Assembly (NCBI GenBank): GCA_013376995.1
Contig: JACAAZ010000002.1
Span: 47,917-111,916, forward strand
Reading direction: 5' to 3'
Length of the DNA: 64,000 bases
Source of the DNA: Bacteroidota bacterium
GTDB lineage: Bacteria > Bacteroidota > Bacteroidia > Bacteroidales > UBA4417
Position numbers and translations under genes: made by a program. The notes beneath the pieces were generated by a model, which was not told the DNA's origin, ran no database searches, and was given only the letters and a program-made list of their open reading frames with translations. Each line of letters opens with the position of its first letter. The first letter of the stretch is position 1. This document shows positions 17,424-27,289 of the stretch, one piece after another.

Positions 17424-18698
17424 TTACTCAATCATTCCTACGCCAACGGTTTCGTTAGTGCCTTCATCAATCAGCACCAATGCTCCTGTTCTCCTGTTCC
17501 GGCTGTATGAATCAAAGAAAAGCGGCTTGGTAGTGCGAATACTGACCTTTGCTATATCGTTCATCTTCACTTCCAGGTCACCTTCAATCTTTGTCAGCGT
17601 ATTTACATCGACTTTATGATGAACTTCCTTTATAATGCATCTGACATCTCGGGTGGTATGCTTTAATGCATATTTGCCATTGAGTTGCATTGGCCGGGGA
17701 TTCATCCAACACATCATAACAACCAGGTCCTGGCTTATTTGCGGCAGATTATTTTCCTTCACAATCATATCGCCCCTGCTTACATCAATATCATCTTCCA
17801 ATTGAAGGGTTACTGACATCGGGGGAAATGCCGAATCCAATTGCCTTTCACATGCATCAATTGATTTAACGGATGTTTTGTGCATTTCCGGAAGAACAAC
17901 CACCTTGTCACCTGGTTTGAAAATTCCGCCATCAACCCTGCCGGCATAGCCCCTGTAATCGTGAAATTCATCGGAAATCGGCCGGATTACGTATTGCACG
18001 GGAAATCTGGCATCCTGAAGATTATAATCGTGATTGATAGGGACATGTTCCAAAACTTCCAGCAGAGTTCCACCTGAATACCAATCCATTTTCTTTGATT
18101 GCTCTACAACATTATCTCCAAATAAGGCACTGATGGGAACAAAAGAATAATCGCGAAGTTCAAGCAGCCGGGCAAATTCATCAAATGTCTTCCTGATGGA
18201 AAGAAAGACCTCTTCTTTGTATTCTACAAGGTCCATCTTATTAATGCATACAACAATATGAGGGATTTGCAACAAGGATGCAATATAGGAGTGCCTGCAA
18301 GTCTGTTCGGTAACGCCATTCCTGGCATCGATCAGGATTATGGCAGCATTTGCGGTTGAGGCGCCAGTAACCATATTCCGCGTGTACTGTACATGCCCGG
18401 GAGTATCCGCAATAATAAATTTACGCCTGGGTGTAGCAAAATACCTGTAGGCCACATCAATTGTTATCCCCTGTTCGCGCTCTGCTCTTAGTCCGTCAGT
18501 TATCAAGGCCAGGTTGATATATTCATTCCCGCGCTGGATACTGGCGCGCTTGACTGCTTCTAACTGATCTTCAAATATGGATTTGCTGTCGTATAATAAT
18601 CTGCCAATCAGGGTACTTTTTCCGTCATCAACACTGCCTGCGGTTGTAAACCGAAGCAATTCCATGTCGAGGTAACCTTTGGATGAGAATTCAGTCAC
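17424..18698 (-). CDS. cysN: Sulfate adenylyltransferase subunit 1 (GTPase)
   Basis: GSVDDGKSTLIGRLL (G1), DTPGH (G3) and NKMD (G4) are present. It lies directly downstream of cysD. Confidence 0.9.
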   Translation of the reverse strand: MTEFSSKGYLDMELLRFTTAGSVDDGKSTLIGRLLYDSKSIFEDQLEAVKRASIQRGNEYINLALITDGLRAEREQGITIDVAYRYFATPRRKFIIADTPGHVQYTRNMVTGASTANAAIILIDARNGVTEQTCRHSYIASLLQIPHIVVCINKMDLVEYKEEVFLSIRKTFDEFARLLELRDYSFVPISALFGDNVVEQSKKMDWYSGGTLLEVLEHVPINHDYNLQDARFPVQYVIRPISDEFHDYRGYAGRVDGGIFKPGDKVVVLPEMHKTSVKSIDACERQLDSAFPPMSVTLQLEDDIDVSRGDMIVKENNLPQISQDLVVMMCWMNPRPMQLNGKYALKHTTRDVRCIIKEVHHKVDVNTLTKIEGDLEVKMNDIAKVSIRTTKPLFFDSYSRNRRTGALVLIDEGTNETVGVGMIE

Positions 18699-18762
18699 GG
18701 TGTGGTATTAGTATATTGTTATTAGTTATCAGTTATATGCCTGGGATTTGTCTTCAACCAGT

Positions 18763-19668
18763 TTAGAAGTATCCCTCCTTTTTACGATCCTCCATCGCTG
18801 CTTCAGATCGAAGGTCGTCAGCCCGGCTACCTCTTTCGGTAACCCTGGTGGCGGCAATTTCCGCGATGATTTCTTCAAGTGTATTGGCAGTAGAAAGTGA
18901 AAGACCTGTACAGGAAATATCCCCGATTGTACGGCAGCGTACTTCCCTGATTTCAGTATGCTCGTTGGGCTTAAGTTTCATAAAAGGAGCAGCTGCCAGC
19001 CAGGTCCCGTCACGGTTAAATACTTCCCTCTGATGCGTATAATAGATGCTTGGCATAGGAACACTTTCTTTCAGGATATATTGCCATACATCCATTTCTG
19101 TCCAGTTGCTTATGGGGAAAACACGGAAATGTTCGCCCATATGTTTTCTGCCGTTAAATATGTTCCAAAGTTCCGGTCGCTGGTTTTTGGGATCCCACTG
19201 ACCAAACTCATCCCTGTGCGAAAAGAAGCGTTCTTTTGCCCGGGCTTTCTCTTCATCTCTCCGTCCACCTCCCATGCAGCAATCAAATTTGTTCCTTTCA
19301 ATCGCATCCAAAAGGGTAACCGTCTGAAGCAAATTCCTGCTGGCATTGTAGCCTTTTTCCTCTGTAACCCGTCCATTATCTATAGATTCCTGGACAGAGC
19401 CAACTATAAGTTTTACCCCCAGTTCTTTAACGAGATCATCCCGAAAATCAATAGTTTCCTGGAAGTTATGCCCTGTATCAATATGAAGGAGAGGGAATGG
19501 AATTCTTGCCGGCCAGAATGCCTTTTTTGCAAGATGCGTCATAACTATTGAATCCTTGCCTCCTGAGAAGAGAATAGCCGGCCGTTCAAACTGGGCAGCT
19601 ACTTCCCGGATAACAAAAATGGATTCACTTTCCAGTTCATCAAGATGTGTGAGATTATATTTGTCCAT
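18763..19668 (-). CDS. cysD: Sulfate adenylyltransferase subunit 2
   Basis: It has the PP-loop motif FSGGKDS, is 301 aa long, and sits in the usual cysD-cysN order. Confidence 0.9.
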   Translation of the reverse strand: MDKYNLTHLDELESESIFVIREVAAQFERPAILFSGGKDSIVMTHLAKKAFWPARIPFPLLHIDTGHNFQETIDFRDDLVKELGVKLIVGSVQESIDNGRVTEEKGYNASRNLLQTVTLLDAIERNKFDCCMGGGRRDEEKARAKERFFSHRDEFGQWDPKNQRPELWNIFNGRKHMGEHFRVFPISNWTEMDVWQYILKESVPMPSIYYTHQREVFNRDGTWLAAAPFMKLKPNEHTEIREVRCRTIGDISCTGLSLSTANTLEEIIAEIAATRVTERGSRADDLRSEAAMEDRKKEGYF

Positions 19669-19681
19669 TTAGATCAGTCTG

Positions 19682-20314
19682 TTATGCTTCCCTGATTTCA
19701 AGTATAGGAATAATGTGCTCAAGAATCCTGGAAACCGAGATTTCGATACTCTCACTGTCGGTTTTAACTACCAGGCTTGGATGCTCAGGCTTTTCAAAAG
19801 GCGCATTTACGCCTGTAAAATCCAAGATCTGCCCGGCCCTTGCTTTTCGGTACATCCCCTTAACATCTCTTTGTTCACAAACTTCAATGGACGGGTTCAG
19901 GAAAACCTCAATAAAATCCTCCTCGCCTATTATAGTCCTGGCAAGGCTTCTGATTTCCTGTGTAGGGCTCACAAAGGCATTGATAGTAATAACACCTGCA
20001 TTCAGGAAGAGTTTTGAAACTTCAGCTATCCGACGGATGTTCTCAAGCCTGTCAGTATTTGAAAAACCAAGGTTGCTATTTATTCCGCATCTGACATTGT
20101 CACCATCCAGAACCTGGCAAAAATAACCCCTGTTGAATAGTTCCTTTTCAATGCACAATGCAAGCGTGGTTTTTCCCGAACAAGGCAGACCGGTAAACCA
20201 TATCACCCTTGCGCGCTGGTTAAGAGCTCTTTCTTTATCCTGGCGGCTGACCAGCTTTTCAAATAAGGGATAAACTTCTTGGCTCACAATGATCTGACTA
20301 ACTTTTGACCACAA
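19682..20314 (-). CDS. cysC: Adenylylsulfate (APS) kinase
   Basis: It has the P-loop FTGLPCSGKTT and the LDGDNVR motif. It uses a TTG start, and the exact start is uncertain. Confidence 0.85.
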   Translation of the reverse strand: MWSKVSQIIVSQEVYPLFEKLVSRQDKERALNQRARVIWFTGLPCSGKTTLALCIEKELFNRGYFCQVLDGDNVRCGINSNLGFSNTDRLENIRRIAEVSKLFLNAGVITINAFVSPTQEIRSLARTIIGEEDFIEVFLNPSIEVCEQRDVKGMYRKARAGQILDFTGVNAPFEKPEHPSLVVKTDSESIEISVSRILEHIIPILEIREA

Positions 20315-20537
20315 ATTTACAGTTTATATTCATACGCTCTGAACTTTAAGGTAACCCTTGGTGTTAAAGGATAATCCTGGATTTCCATCCTATACTGAAC
20401 TCAACTCCAATAAACACTTAAGTGTTTTGAATCATCAGCTGTATATGAAGATTCTACACATTGCGAAGTAATCATATGCTGGCGAGATACATTAATCACC
20501 TGCTAAACAAGTGTTTGTTATTTAAAAAGCAATTTCG

Positions 20538-20545
20538 TACTTTTG
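20538..20545 (+). promoter_or_regulatory. -7 promoter box for the DUF177-rpmF-plsX-fabH operon
   Basis: TACTTTTG matches TAnnTTTG and lies 28 nt upstream of the GTG at 20574. A TTTG lies ~22 nt further upstream. Confidence 0.45.
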
Positions 20546-20573
20546 CGCCCCTCAATAAAAAAGTCATTTTGTT

Positions 20574-21143
20574 GTGGATTACCTGAAAGACTTTATCGTC
20601 CATTTTGTTGGCTTAAGCATTGGCAATCACCAATTTGACTTTGAAGTGAGGGATCAGTTCTTTGAAGCATTCGAATATTCCCAACTTCAGCATGGGAATG
20701 TTAGAGTAAAGGTGGACCTGGAAAAACAAGACCGGATGATGGTTTTTTCATTTTCATTTGATGGAAAAGTTGAAGTCTTATGTGATCGTTGCGGGGAAGA
20801 GTTTATGTTTCACCTGCAAGGCGAAGAACAATTGATTGTAAAGTTTGGAGAAGATTATAAGGAAGAAAGTGAAGATATGATCATTATTCCTTCTACTGAA
20901 TACAAAATTGACTTGTCATCCTTTATCTATGAATACCTGCATCTCATGTTACCTACCCGAATAGTTCATCCTGAAGATGAAGCAGGGAATACTACCTGTA
21001 ATCCGGATACACTGAGGCGCCTTGCTGAACTTGCACCGCATCCCGTATCTGATCCAAGGTGGGCTGCACTTGGAATTCTCCAGCAGGAAGATTCCAACCT
21101 TCAGGATAATAGTTTAAAACATTTGAACAAAAAGAAGAAATAA
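20574..21143 (+). CDS. YceD/DUF177 family protein (23S rRNA accumulation factor-like)
   Basis: It has the CDRCGEEF zinc-ribbon-like motif and the conserved position immediately upstream of rpmF-plsX. Confidence 0.7.
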   Translation: MDYLKDFIVHFVGLSIGNHQFDFEVRDQFFEAFEYSQLQHGNVRVKVDLEKQDRMMVFSFSFDGKVEVLCDRCGEEFMFHLQGEEQLIVKFGEDYKEESEDMIIIPSTEYKIDLSSFIYEYLHLMLPTRIVHPEDEAGNTTCNPDTLRRLAELAPHPVSDPRWAALGILQQEDSNLQDNSLKHLNKKKK

Positions 21144-21162
21144 CCTAATAATACAAATTACA

Positions 21163-21348
21163 ATGCCAAATCCAAAACACAGGTTTTCAAAAACCAGAAC
21201 GGCAAAACGCAGAACTCATTATAAGATTGATGCTCCTACTTTTGTAGCTTGTTCCAATTGCGGAACTTCTGTGCTTTACCATCGCGTATGTCCTGAGTGT
21301 GGCTTTTACAGGGGCCGCTTAGCCATCGAAAAAAATGCTACCGCTTAG
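21163..21348 (+). CDS. rpmF: 50S ribosomal protein L32
   Basis: MPNPKHRFSKTRTAKRRTH is followed by a CxxC...CxxC zinc ribbon. Length is 61 aa. Confidence 0.9.
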   Translation: MPNPKHRFSKTRTAKRRTHYKIDAPTFVACSNCGTSVLYHRVCPECGFYRGRLAIEKNATA

Positions 21349-21393
21349 TTTAAGCTGGTAACCATTGATCCATTTATACCAAAAGATTCTTAG

Positions 21394-22356
21394 ATGAGAA
21401 TCGGGTTGGATGTCATGGGTGGCGACTTTGCGCCCATTGCTACCATTGAAGGAGCCATCCTTGCACAGAAGGAATTGGCGCCCAACGACAGGATCATTCT
21501 TATTGGTCCTTCAACTACCATAAACACCCTGCTTCAGGATCGAGGTGTCGATGCCGGAGTTTTTGATATTGTACATGCCCCGGATACTATTGGAATGGGA
21601 GAACATCCCACCAAGGCTTTGATAAAAAAGCCGGAATCAAGCATAGGAATAGGGTTTCATTTGCTTAAGCATAAAAAGATCGATGCATTTGCCAGCGCAG
21701 GAAACAGCGGTGCAATGCTTGTTGGGTCTATCTTTTCAGTCAACACTATACAGGGTATCATCCGTCCATGCACCTCCGCCATCTTTCCTCAGGAGAATGG
21801 TGGAGTGAATATCATGATCGACATTGGAACAAATCCGGATGCAAAACCCGATATGATGTATCAATTTGCTGTACTAGGTTCTATTTATGCCAGGTACGTA
21901 CATCATATCCATAACCCTCGCATCGGGCTGCTCAATATCGGAGAAGAAGAAGAGAAAGGCAATATCAATTGTCAATCCGCTTACCACCTGATGAAAGAAT
22001 CAAAAGATTTTAATTTCATCGGGAACATTGAAGGACGCGATTTGTTCAGGAACAAGGCTGACGTAATTGTATGCGATGGCTATACCGGAAATATCGTCCT
22101 GAAAACTGTTGAATCCGTATACAGGATTATGCATAAGCGTGACCTTGTTGACGATTACTTTAGTCGTTTTAACTATGAGAATTATGGTGGAACCCCAATT
22201 TTAGGGATTAATGGCACCGTTATCATGGGACATGGCATTTCTAATGGCCTGGCAATTAAAAATATGATTGTATTAGGCAAATCTGTTTTCCAGGCCAGGC
22301 TTTCAACCAAGATTAAAAGCGCTTTGCTCCAGATCGTTGGAGAAAAGAATATCTAA
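21394..22356 (+). CDS. plsX: Phosphate:acyl-ACP acyltransferase
   Basis: It begins MRIGLDVMGGDFAP and shows rpmF-plsX-fabH synteny. Confidence 0.9.
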   Translation: MRIGLDVMGGDFAPIATIEGAILAQKELAPNDRIILIGPSTTINTLLQDRGVDAGVFDIVHAPDTIGMGEHPTKALIKKPESSIGIGFHLLKHKKIDAFASAGNSGAMLVGSIFSVNTIQGIIRPCTSAIFPQENGGVNIMIDIGTNPDAKPDMMYQFAVLGSIYARYVHHIHNPRIGLLNIGEEEEKGNINCQSAYHLMKESKDFNFIGNIEGRDLFRNKADVIVCDGYTGNIVLKTVESVYRIMHKRDLVDDYFSRFNYENYGGTPILGINGTVIMGHGISNGLAIKNMIVLGKSVFQARLSTKIKSALLQIVGEKNI

Positions 22357-22438
22357 TATCAATACCCATTCTCCTTCTCAAGGAATCTGAATGGAACCGG
22401 AAATTTCTTAAACGTTGGTTTTCTATACCCCCAGATGA

Positions 22439-23437
22439 ATGGCAAAAATTAATGCAGCAATTACAGGAATAGCGGCTTACCTACCTGACTATATACTTAC
22501 TAATGATGAACTCAGCCAGATGGTTGACACCAATGATGAGTGGATCATGACCCGCATTGGAATCAAGGAACGCCGGATCCTGAAAGGTGAAGGAAAAGGA
22601 GCATCCGAAATGGGTGCTGAAGCAGTGAAATCGCTTTTGGCAAAGACAAATACCAGCCCTGATGACATTGATATGGTTATTTGCCCTACCGTTACACCAG
22701 ATCATATGTTCCCGGCCACAGCCAATATCATAAGTGAAAAAGCCGGAATTAAGAATGCGTTTAGCTTCGATATGAACGCCGCTTGCTCGGGTTTTATATA
22801 TGCTCTTACAATTGCTTCCCAGTTTGTTGAAAACGGAAGATGCAAAAAAGTTATCGTTGTAGGTGCCGAGAAAATGTCATCCATTACGGATTATACTGAT
22901 CGTACTACATGTCCTTTATTCGGTGATGCTGCCGCTGCTGTCCTCCTTGAACCTACAACAGAAAATATCGGTATAATTGATACCATATTGCGGACCGATG
23001 GTGTTGGGTTATCACACCTGCATATGAAAGCCGGCGGAAGCGCCAGACCAGCTTCACATCTTACCGTAGATGCCAAGGAACACTTTATCTACCAGGAAGG
23101 CCAAGCTGTTTTCAAATGGGCTGTATCTAAAATGGCAGATGTTTCTGTAGAAATGATGGAAAAACACAATCTCACTGCTGATAACATGGCATGGTTGGTT
23201 CCGCATCAGGCTAACCTGCGCATTATTGATGCGGTTGCTAACCGCATGGGGCTTCCCAAGGAAAAGGTTATGATTAACATCCAGAAATACGGGAATACAA
23301 CATCTGCAACCATTCCTCTCTGTTTGTGGGAGTGGGAAAACCAGCTTCATAAGGGTGATAATATCATTCTTGCTGCGTTTGGAGGTGGATTTACCTGGGG
23401 TTCCATTTACCTCAAATGGGCTTACGATCCAAAATAA
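22439..23437 (+). CDS. fabH: Beta-ketoacyl-ACP synthase III
   Basis: It has the active-site context [11 protein letters not shown], plus HQANLRI and GNTTSATIP motifs. Confidence 0.9.
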   Translation: MAKINAAITGIAAYLPDYILTNDELSQMVDTNDEWIMTRIGIKERRILKGEGKGASEMGAEAVKSLLAKTNTSPDDIDMVICPTVTPDHMFPATANIISEKAGIKNAFSFDMNAACSGFIYALTIASQFVENGRCKKVIVVGAEKMSSITDYTDRTTCPLFGDAAAAVLLEPTTENIGIIDTILRTDGVGLSHLHMKAGGSARPASHLTVDAKEHFIYQEGQAVFKWAVSKMADVSVEMMEKHNLTADNMAWLVPHQANLRIIDAVANRMGLPKEKVMINIQKYGNTTSATIPLCLWEWENQLHKGDNIILAAFGGGFTWGSIYLKWAYDPK

Positions 23438-23462
23438 CAGGCTATTACCAATCGTTTTTAAT

Positions 23463-23512
23463 AAATGAAAACTGGCAGCTTACGTTGCCATTTTTCATTT
23501 ATTCTCTTTTTT
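23463..23512 (+). terminator. Rho-independent terminator after fabH
   Basis: AAATGAAAACTGGCA (23463-23477) pairs with TGCCATTTTTCATTT (23486-23500) with one mismatch. It is followed by ATTCTCTTTTTT. Confidence 0.7.
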
Positions 23513-23722
23513 AAGATTCAAATAATCCCAATTCATGGCATAATTGTAGAGAATGCAAATCCCATTTAACATTTTTTAATAGCTTGTTAATGCTCTAAGC
23601 TGTCTCACTGAAGTTATTGTTTCCCTAGTAACAGGGAAGATGATAAAGGGTTCCAGAATCTCAAATAGTAACATAATGAGCCTTTTACAATGCCACTGAA
23701 TACCTATCTTTTCTTTTTATCG

Positions 23723-23730
23723 TATCTTTG
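23723..23730 (+). promoter_or_regulatory. -7 promoter box for the glucosaminidase-domain gene
   Basis: TATCTTTG matches TAnnTTTG and overlaps the TTG at 23728 used by the ORF track. The ATG at 23749 lies 18 nt downstream. Confidence 0.45.
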
Positions 23731-23748
23731 CCTCACCAAAACCAACCT

Positions 23749-24273
23749 ATGATAGTTAACCGAATACTCCTAATTGGAGCCATTATGCTGTTATTCAGCG
23801 TATTGGCCTTTAGTCAGGATAATACGGCCAGTTATATTGAAAAACACAAGCCTTTGGCAATTGATTTGATGCGCGAGTATTCAATTCCTGCCAGCGTGAT
23901 ACTTGGTGTTGCTGTTATTGAAAGCGGTTCCGGAACTTCTACTCTTAGCCGGAAATTCAATAATCATTTCGGAATTGTTGGCAAGAATTATAATTCGATC
24001 CAAAAGCTTGGACATCGATCGCACTATAAAGAGTATGAAAGCGATAGCGCTTCATATCGCAATTTTTGCGAACTTCTGAAAAAAAGGCCTTATTATTCAA
24101 AACTCTTATGCAACCCTGATCCTAAAAGTTGGATTTCTGCAATCCGGAAATCAGGCTATGCATCTGCTTCAAAAACCTGGAGCCGCCGTGTCGAACAAGC
24201 CATCAAAAATTTCGATCTGACTTCGATTGATTTCTTTGTTGATCCGCTGAACGAGACTGCAGCAAGGTTTTAA
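23749..24273 (+). CDS. Secreted N-acetylglucosaminidase-domain (FlgJ/LytD-like) protein
   Basis: A signal peptide is followed by IPASVILGVAVIESGSGTS....NNHFGI, which is typical of the mannosyl-glycoprotein endo-beta-N-acetylglucosaminidase domain. Confidence 0.65.
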   Translation: MIVNRILLIGAIMLLFSVLAFSQDNTASYIEKHKPLAIDLMREYSIPASVILGVAVIESGSGTSTLSRKFNNHFGIVGKNYNSIQKLGHRSHYKEYESDSASYRNFCELLKKRPYYSKLLCNPDPKSWISAIRKSGYASASKTWSRRVEQAIKNFDLTSIDFFVDPLNETAARF

Positions 24274-24313
24274 TTTCCTGGTCACCTACACTTTGATAAA
24301 AAAACAGTCCCTC

Positions 24314-25174
24314 TTAGAGTGGAACGGTTTTCCATTGCTTAGCCTGGAAACCCATTACTTCCCTGATACCGGCATTCTGGGCGATAGAAATTGCCGTTTT
24401 AAATTCCCCGTTGAGTTCTGCAGGCATGTGGGCATCTGAGTTGATCATTACTGGGATTCCCATCGCATGAATCTTCTTTAGGATCTCAGGACCCGGGTAA
24501 GTTGTAGTTGAACGCTTCTTGTAAATTCCACGTGTGTTAATCTCAACAATTACTCCCTTCTGACGGACCAGTTCCAGAGTCTCATCTACCAGACGGATAT
24601 ACCAGGGTTCATCCTCCCGGAAAAACCGATCTCTATTGTGCATTTTGATTTTGTCGAGATGGCCGATAACATCGAATTTCTGCGTTTCGAGCATTTCATT
24701 CACCTGCCGGTAATAAGCAGTAACAGCCTTCCTGATATCCCATCCATAGAACTTTTCAAGACCTGCATCATAAATTTCCGACCTGGGCCCATCAATAAAC
24801 CAAAGATCTTCCATTGCTCCTTTTCCGACCAGATGAACTGATCCTATGCTATAATCCAGCCCAAATTCTGCCTGGATGGATCCAAAATTCTCAGACATTA
24901 CCGGAATAAAATCGAATTCCATACCAAGCACCAATGTGATTTTACCGGCATAATCTGATTCAAGTTTCCTGAAAAGGTCAAGGTATTCGTCTTTCCTGGA
25001 TAATTTGAAGGAGAAGGTATTGTCAAAAGGAAGAGGCGAATGCTCGGTAAATCCCAATGTGGTAAACCCAATATCAAGAGCTTTTTCAATGTAATCAACG
25101 GGTTGTGAATTACCATCTGAATAAACTGAATGTGTATGCAAATTGAATTTAAGCCTGTTTGAAAAGTTCTCCAT
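24314..25174 (-). CDS. PHP-family histidinol-phosphatase-like hydrolase (HisJ family)
   Basis: It has the LHTHSVYSDG N-terminal metal motif, plus GFTEHSP, GSVH and NSDAH motifs. Confidence 0.75.
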   Translation of the reverse strand: MENFSNRLKFNLHTHSVYSDGNSQPVDYIEKALDIGFTTLGFTEHSPLPFDNTFSFKLSRKDEYLDLFRKLESDYAGKITLVLGMEFDFIPVMSENFGSIQAEFGLDYSIGSVHLVGKGAMEDLWFIDGPRSEIYDAGLEKFYGWDIRKAVTAYYRQVNEMLETQKFDVIGHLDKIKMHNRDRFFREDEPWYIRLVDETLELVRQKGVIVEINTRGIYKKRSTTTYPGPEILKKIHAMGIPVMINSDAHMPAELNGEFKTAISIAQNAGIREVMGFQAKQWKTVPL

Positions 25175-25197
25175 GTTGAATTATGCCTTCTGTTTAT

Positions 25198-26451
25198 TTA
25201 TGATGGCGCCTGCTCGCTGAGTACGACCTTATAAACTTTATCATTTCTTCTGACAGCCTGGCTTACAGGGATTGTAGGATTCTCACCCTTTAGGGCGCGA
25301 CTTATTTCCTGTCCCTCGCTTACCATGCTCCGGATCACATCTTCATAAACCCCTGTGGTTGGTCCAATAATGTTGATTTCGTCGCCAATGGCAAGTTCCT
25401 GGGTATCCATGCGAATATGGGCTACGCCCAGGTTAGAAAAGTAGTTGGCCACGACCCCTATGTAGACTTTCTTTTTTGTTGCCAGAGAACCGTGAGCTGG
25501 TGACCATTCTCCCAGTTCTTTCCCCAGGTAATATCCTTCCCAGAAACCACGGTTATAGACAGAAGACAGCTCTTTTTCCCATTTTTCAATGGATTCGTTG
25601 TTAAACGTTCCGTTCAGCAAAGCATTCACTGCTTCGCGGTAGCAGCGTGTAACTGTTTTGACGTATTCGGGTGATCTTCCCCGCCCTTCAATCTTTAAGA
25701 CTGTAACTCCAGCGGCAATTACCCTGTCAAGAATATTCAAGGTGTTCAGGTCCTTGGGCGACATGATAAATTCGTTGTCAATTTCAAGTTCAACCTCACT
25801 ATCCTTATCCTTCACAACATAAGCTCTCCGGCAATCCTGAAGGCAGGAACCGCGGTTGGCGGAGTGATTATGATTATGCAGGCTCAGGTAGCATTTGCCA
25901 CTTACGGCCATACACAGGGCTCCATGAACAAATACTTCTATCCGGATTAATTCGCCTTTAGGCCCGCGGATATCCTGTTCCCTGATCTGTTCAGTAATGT
26001 GTGAGACCTGTTCCAGGGATAGTTCCCGGGCGGTGACCATTACATCAGCATAACGTGAATAGAATTTTACAGCGGAGATATTCGTGATATTGCACTGCGT
26101 AGAGATATGGATCTCCACACCCTGTTCTTTTGCATATTCAAGAACCGCCAGGTCAGAAGCAATGATCGCTGTAACACCATTAGCTTTGGCAGCATCCACT
26201 GTTTTATGAACCTCATCAATTTCATGATCGTAGATGATAGTATTGAGGGTAAGATAGGATTTCACCTTATTTTGCCTGCAGATACGCGTGATTTCTGCCA
26301 GGTCATCAAGGGAGAAGTTTACACTTGAACGGGAGCGCATATTCAGTTTCCCTACCCCGAAATACACAGATCCTGCTCCACCCTGGATAGCTGCTATAAG
26401 TGACTCATATGAGCCAACAGGAGACATGATCTCAATTTCCTTTGGATACAT
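25198..26451 (-). CDS. Peptidase U32 family protein
   Basis: It has the U32 signature E.FVHGALCMAVSGKCYLS. Length is 417 aa. Confidence 0.8.
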   Translation of the reverse strand: MYPKEIEIMSPVGSYESLIAAIQGGAGSVYFGVGKLNMRSRSSVNFSLDDLAEITRICRQNKVKSYLTLNTIIYDHEIDEVHKTVDAAKANGVTAIIASDLAVLEYAKEQGVEIHISTQCNITNISAVKFYSRYADVMVTARELSLEQVSHITEQIREQDIRGPKGELIRIEVFVHGALCMAVSGKCYLSLHNHNHSANRGSCLQDCRRAYVVKDKDSEVELEIDNEFIMSPKDLNTLNILDRVIAAGVTVLKIEGRGRSPEYVKTVTRCYREAVNALLNGTFNNESIEKWEKELSSVYNRGFWEGYYLGKELGEWSPAHGSLATKKKVYIGVVANYFSNLGVAHIRMDTQELAIGDEINIIGPTTGVYEDVIRSMVSEGQEISRALKGENPTIPVSQAVRRNDKVYKVVLSEQAPS

Positions 26452-26464
26452 AATAAAATTTGTG

Positions 26465-26472
26465 CAAAGGTA
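26465..26472 (-). promoter_or_regulatory. -7 promoter box for the U32-PHP operon
   Basis: The minus strand reads TACCTTTG, matching TAnnTTTG, 13 nt upstream of the ATG at 26451. Confidence 0.4.
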
Positions 26473-26564
26473 GCAGATTTTGGCTTCTTATCTGGAATCG
26501 TTTCAAACTAGTGATGGGACAAAGAGACTTTCAGAGCAGGTAATACTGGTATCCATAGCTGGGA

Positions 26565-27191
26565 TTACCTGTGTAAAACGTGCTTCAAAGTCAGTGTAAT
26601 TAACGGGTTTTTCTTCTCCCAGTTTGTAGTTTCTGCAAGAACTAGTTCCGGGAATTTCCTGCTGATATCCCGCAGTGCATTCCCGACTGATTTGCGAAGA
26701 TATTCGCTTGGGTTAGCCTTATGGTGCGAAATCAACCGGATAGCGATTTCAGGATGTGTTTTGAAGTATGGCCTGCCAGTCCAAATTCTCAACCCTTCGG
26801 TCACTGCACGGCAAACGTTGGGGTGAGGGTCTGAAAGCCAATCTTCAATGTCAGCAAGGGCTGTTTCATATCCCTTGTCCTGGCAATACTTATCAAAAGC
26901 TTTGGCTACAACCTCCTGAACACGCCAGTTTCCATCTTTCCTGGCCTGATCTCGTATGATTTCAAGTGCACCCTGTTCAGCAGATGCAACATTCCCAAGA
27001 AGAAAGACTGCCAGGCTGCGCACCTGGTAAGCATCATTGAGTAAGAGACTAGTTGACAGTGCGAAAATCGATGGAATTGAGGTTTTTTTGAAAATAACAG
27101 TGGCTTCGGCTTCAATTTCCTTGAAACCGTTCTCAATATTCAGGATTTTTTGAATGCTTTCTTCTACCAGGGCCGTATTCACAGGTATCAA
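26565..27191 (-). CDS. DNA alkylation repair (HEAT-like repeat) family protein
   Basis: It is helical-repeat sequence with W.VQE..AKAF, NVCRAVTEGLR.WT and YLRKSVGNALRDISRKFPE. I recall these motifs as typical of the DNA_alkylation family. It uses a TTG start. Confidence 0.5.
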   Translation of the reverse strand: MIPVNTALVEESIQKILNIENGFKEIEAEATVIFKKTSIPSIFALSTSLLLNDAYQVRSLAVFLLGNVASAEQGALEIIRDQARKDGNWRVQEVVAKAFDKYCQDKGYETALADIEDWLSDPHPNVCRAVTEGLRIWTGRPYFKTHPEIAIRLISHHKANPSEYLRKSVGNALRDISRKFPELVLAETTNWEKKNPLITLTLKHVLHR

Positions 27192-27289
27192 CTTGAAGCC
27201 TGAAAGATAATAAATTATACCTCATCCAGTTTTTGCGACTGTAAGAGGGCTTTTGTTCCAAATGAACTGAGCAGAAGCAGGAACGAGAA

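Noticed and set aside
17424-20314. cysC-cysD-cysN without cysH or cysIJ nearby, as evidence for a dedicated PAPS-dependent sulfation pathway.
   Set aside because: The reductive genes may simply lie elsewhere in the genome. Nothing in the window, such as a sulfotransferase, supports the idea.
20315-20573. I looked for a SAM or other sulfur-responsive riboswitch in the leader of cysC-cysD-cysN.
   Set aside because: I recognised no conserved riboswitch core on either strand. Only short palindromes were found, and these are reported separately at low interest.
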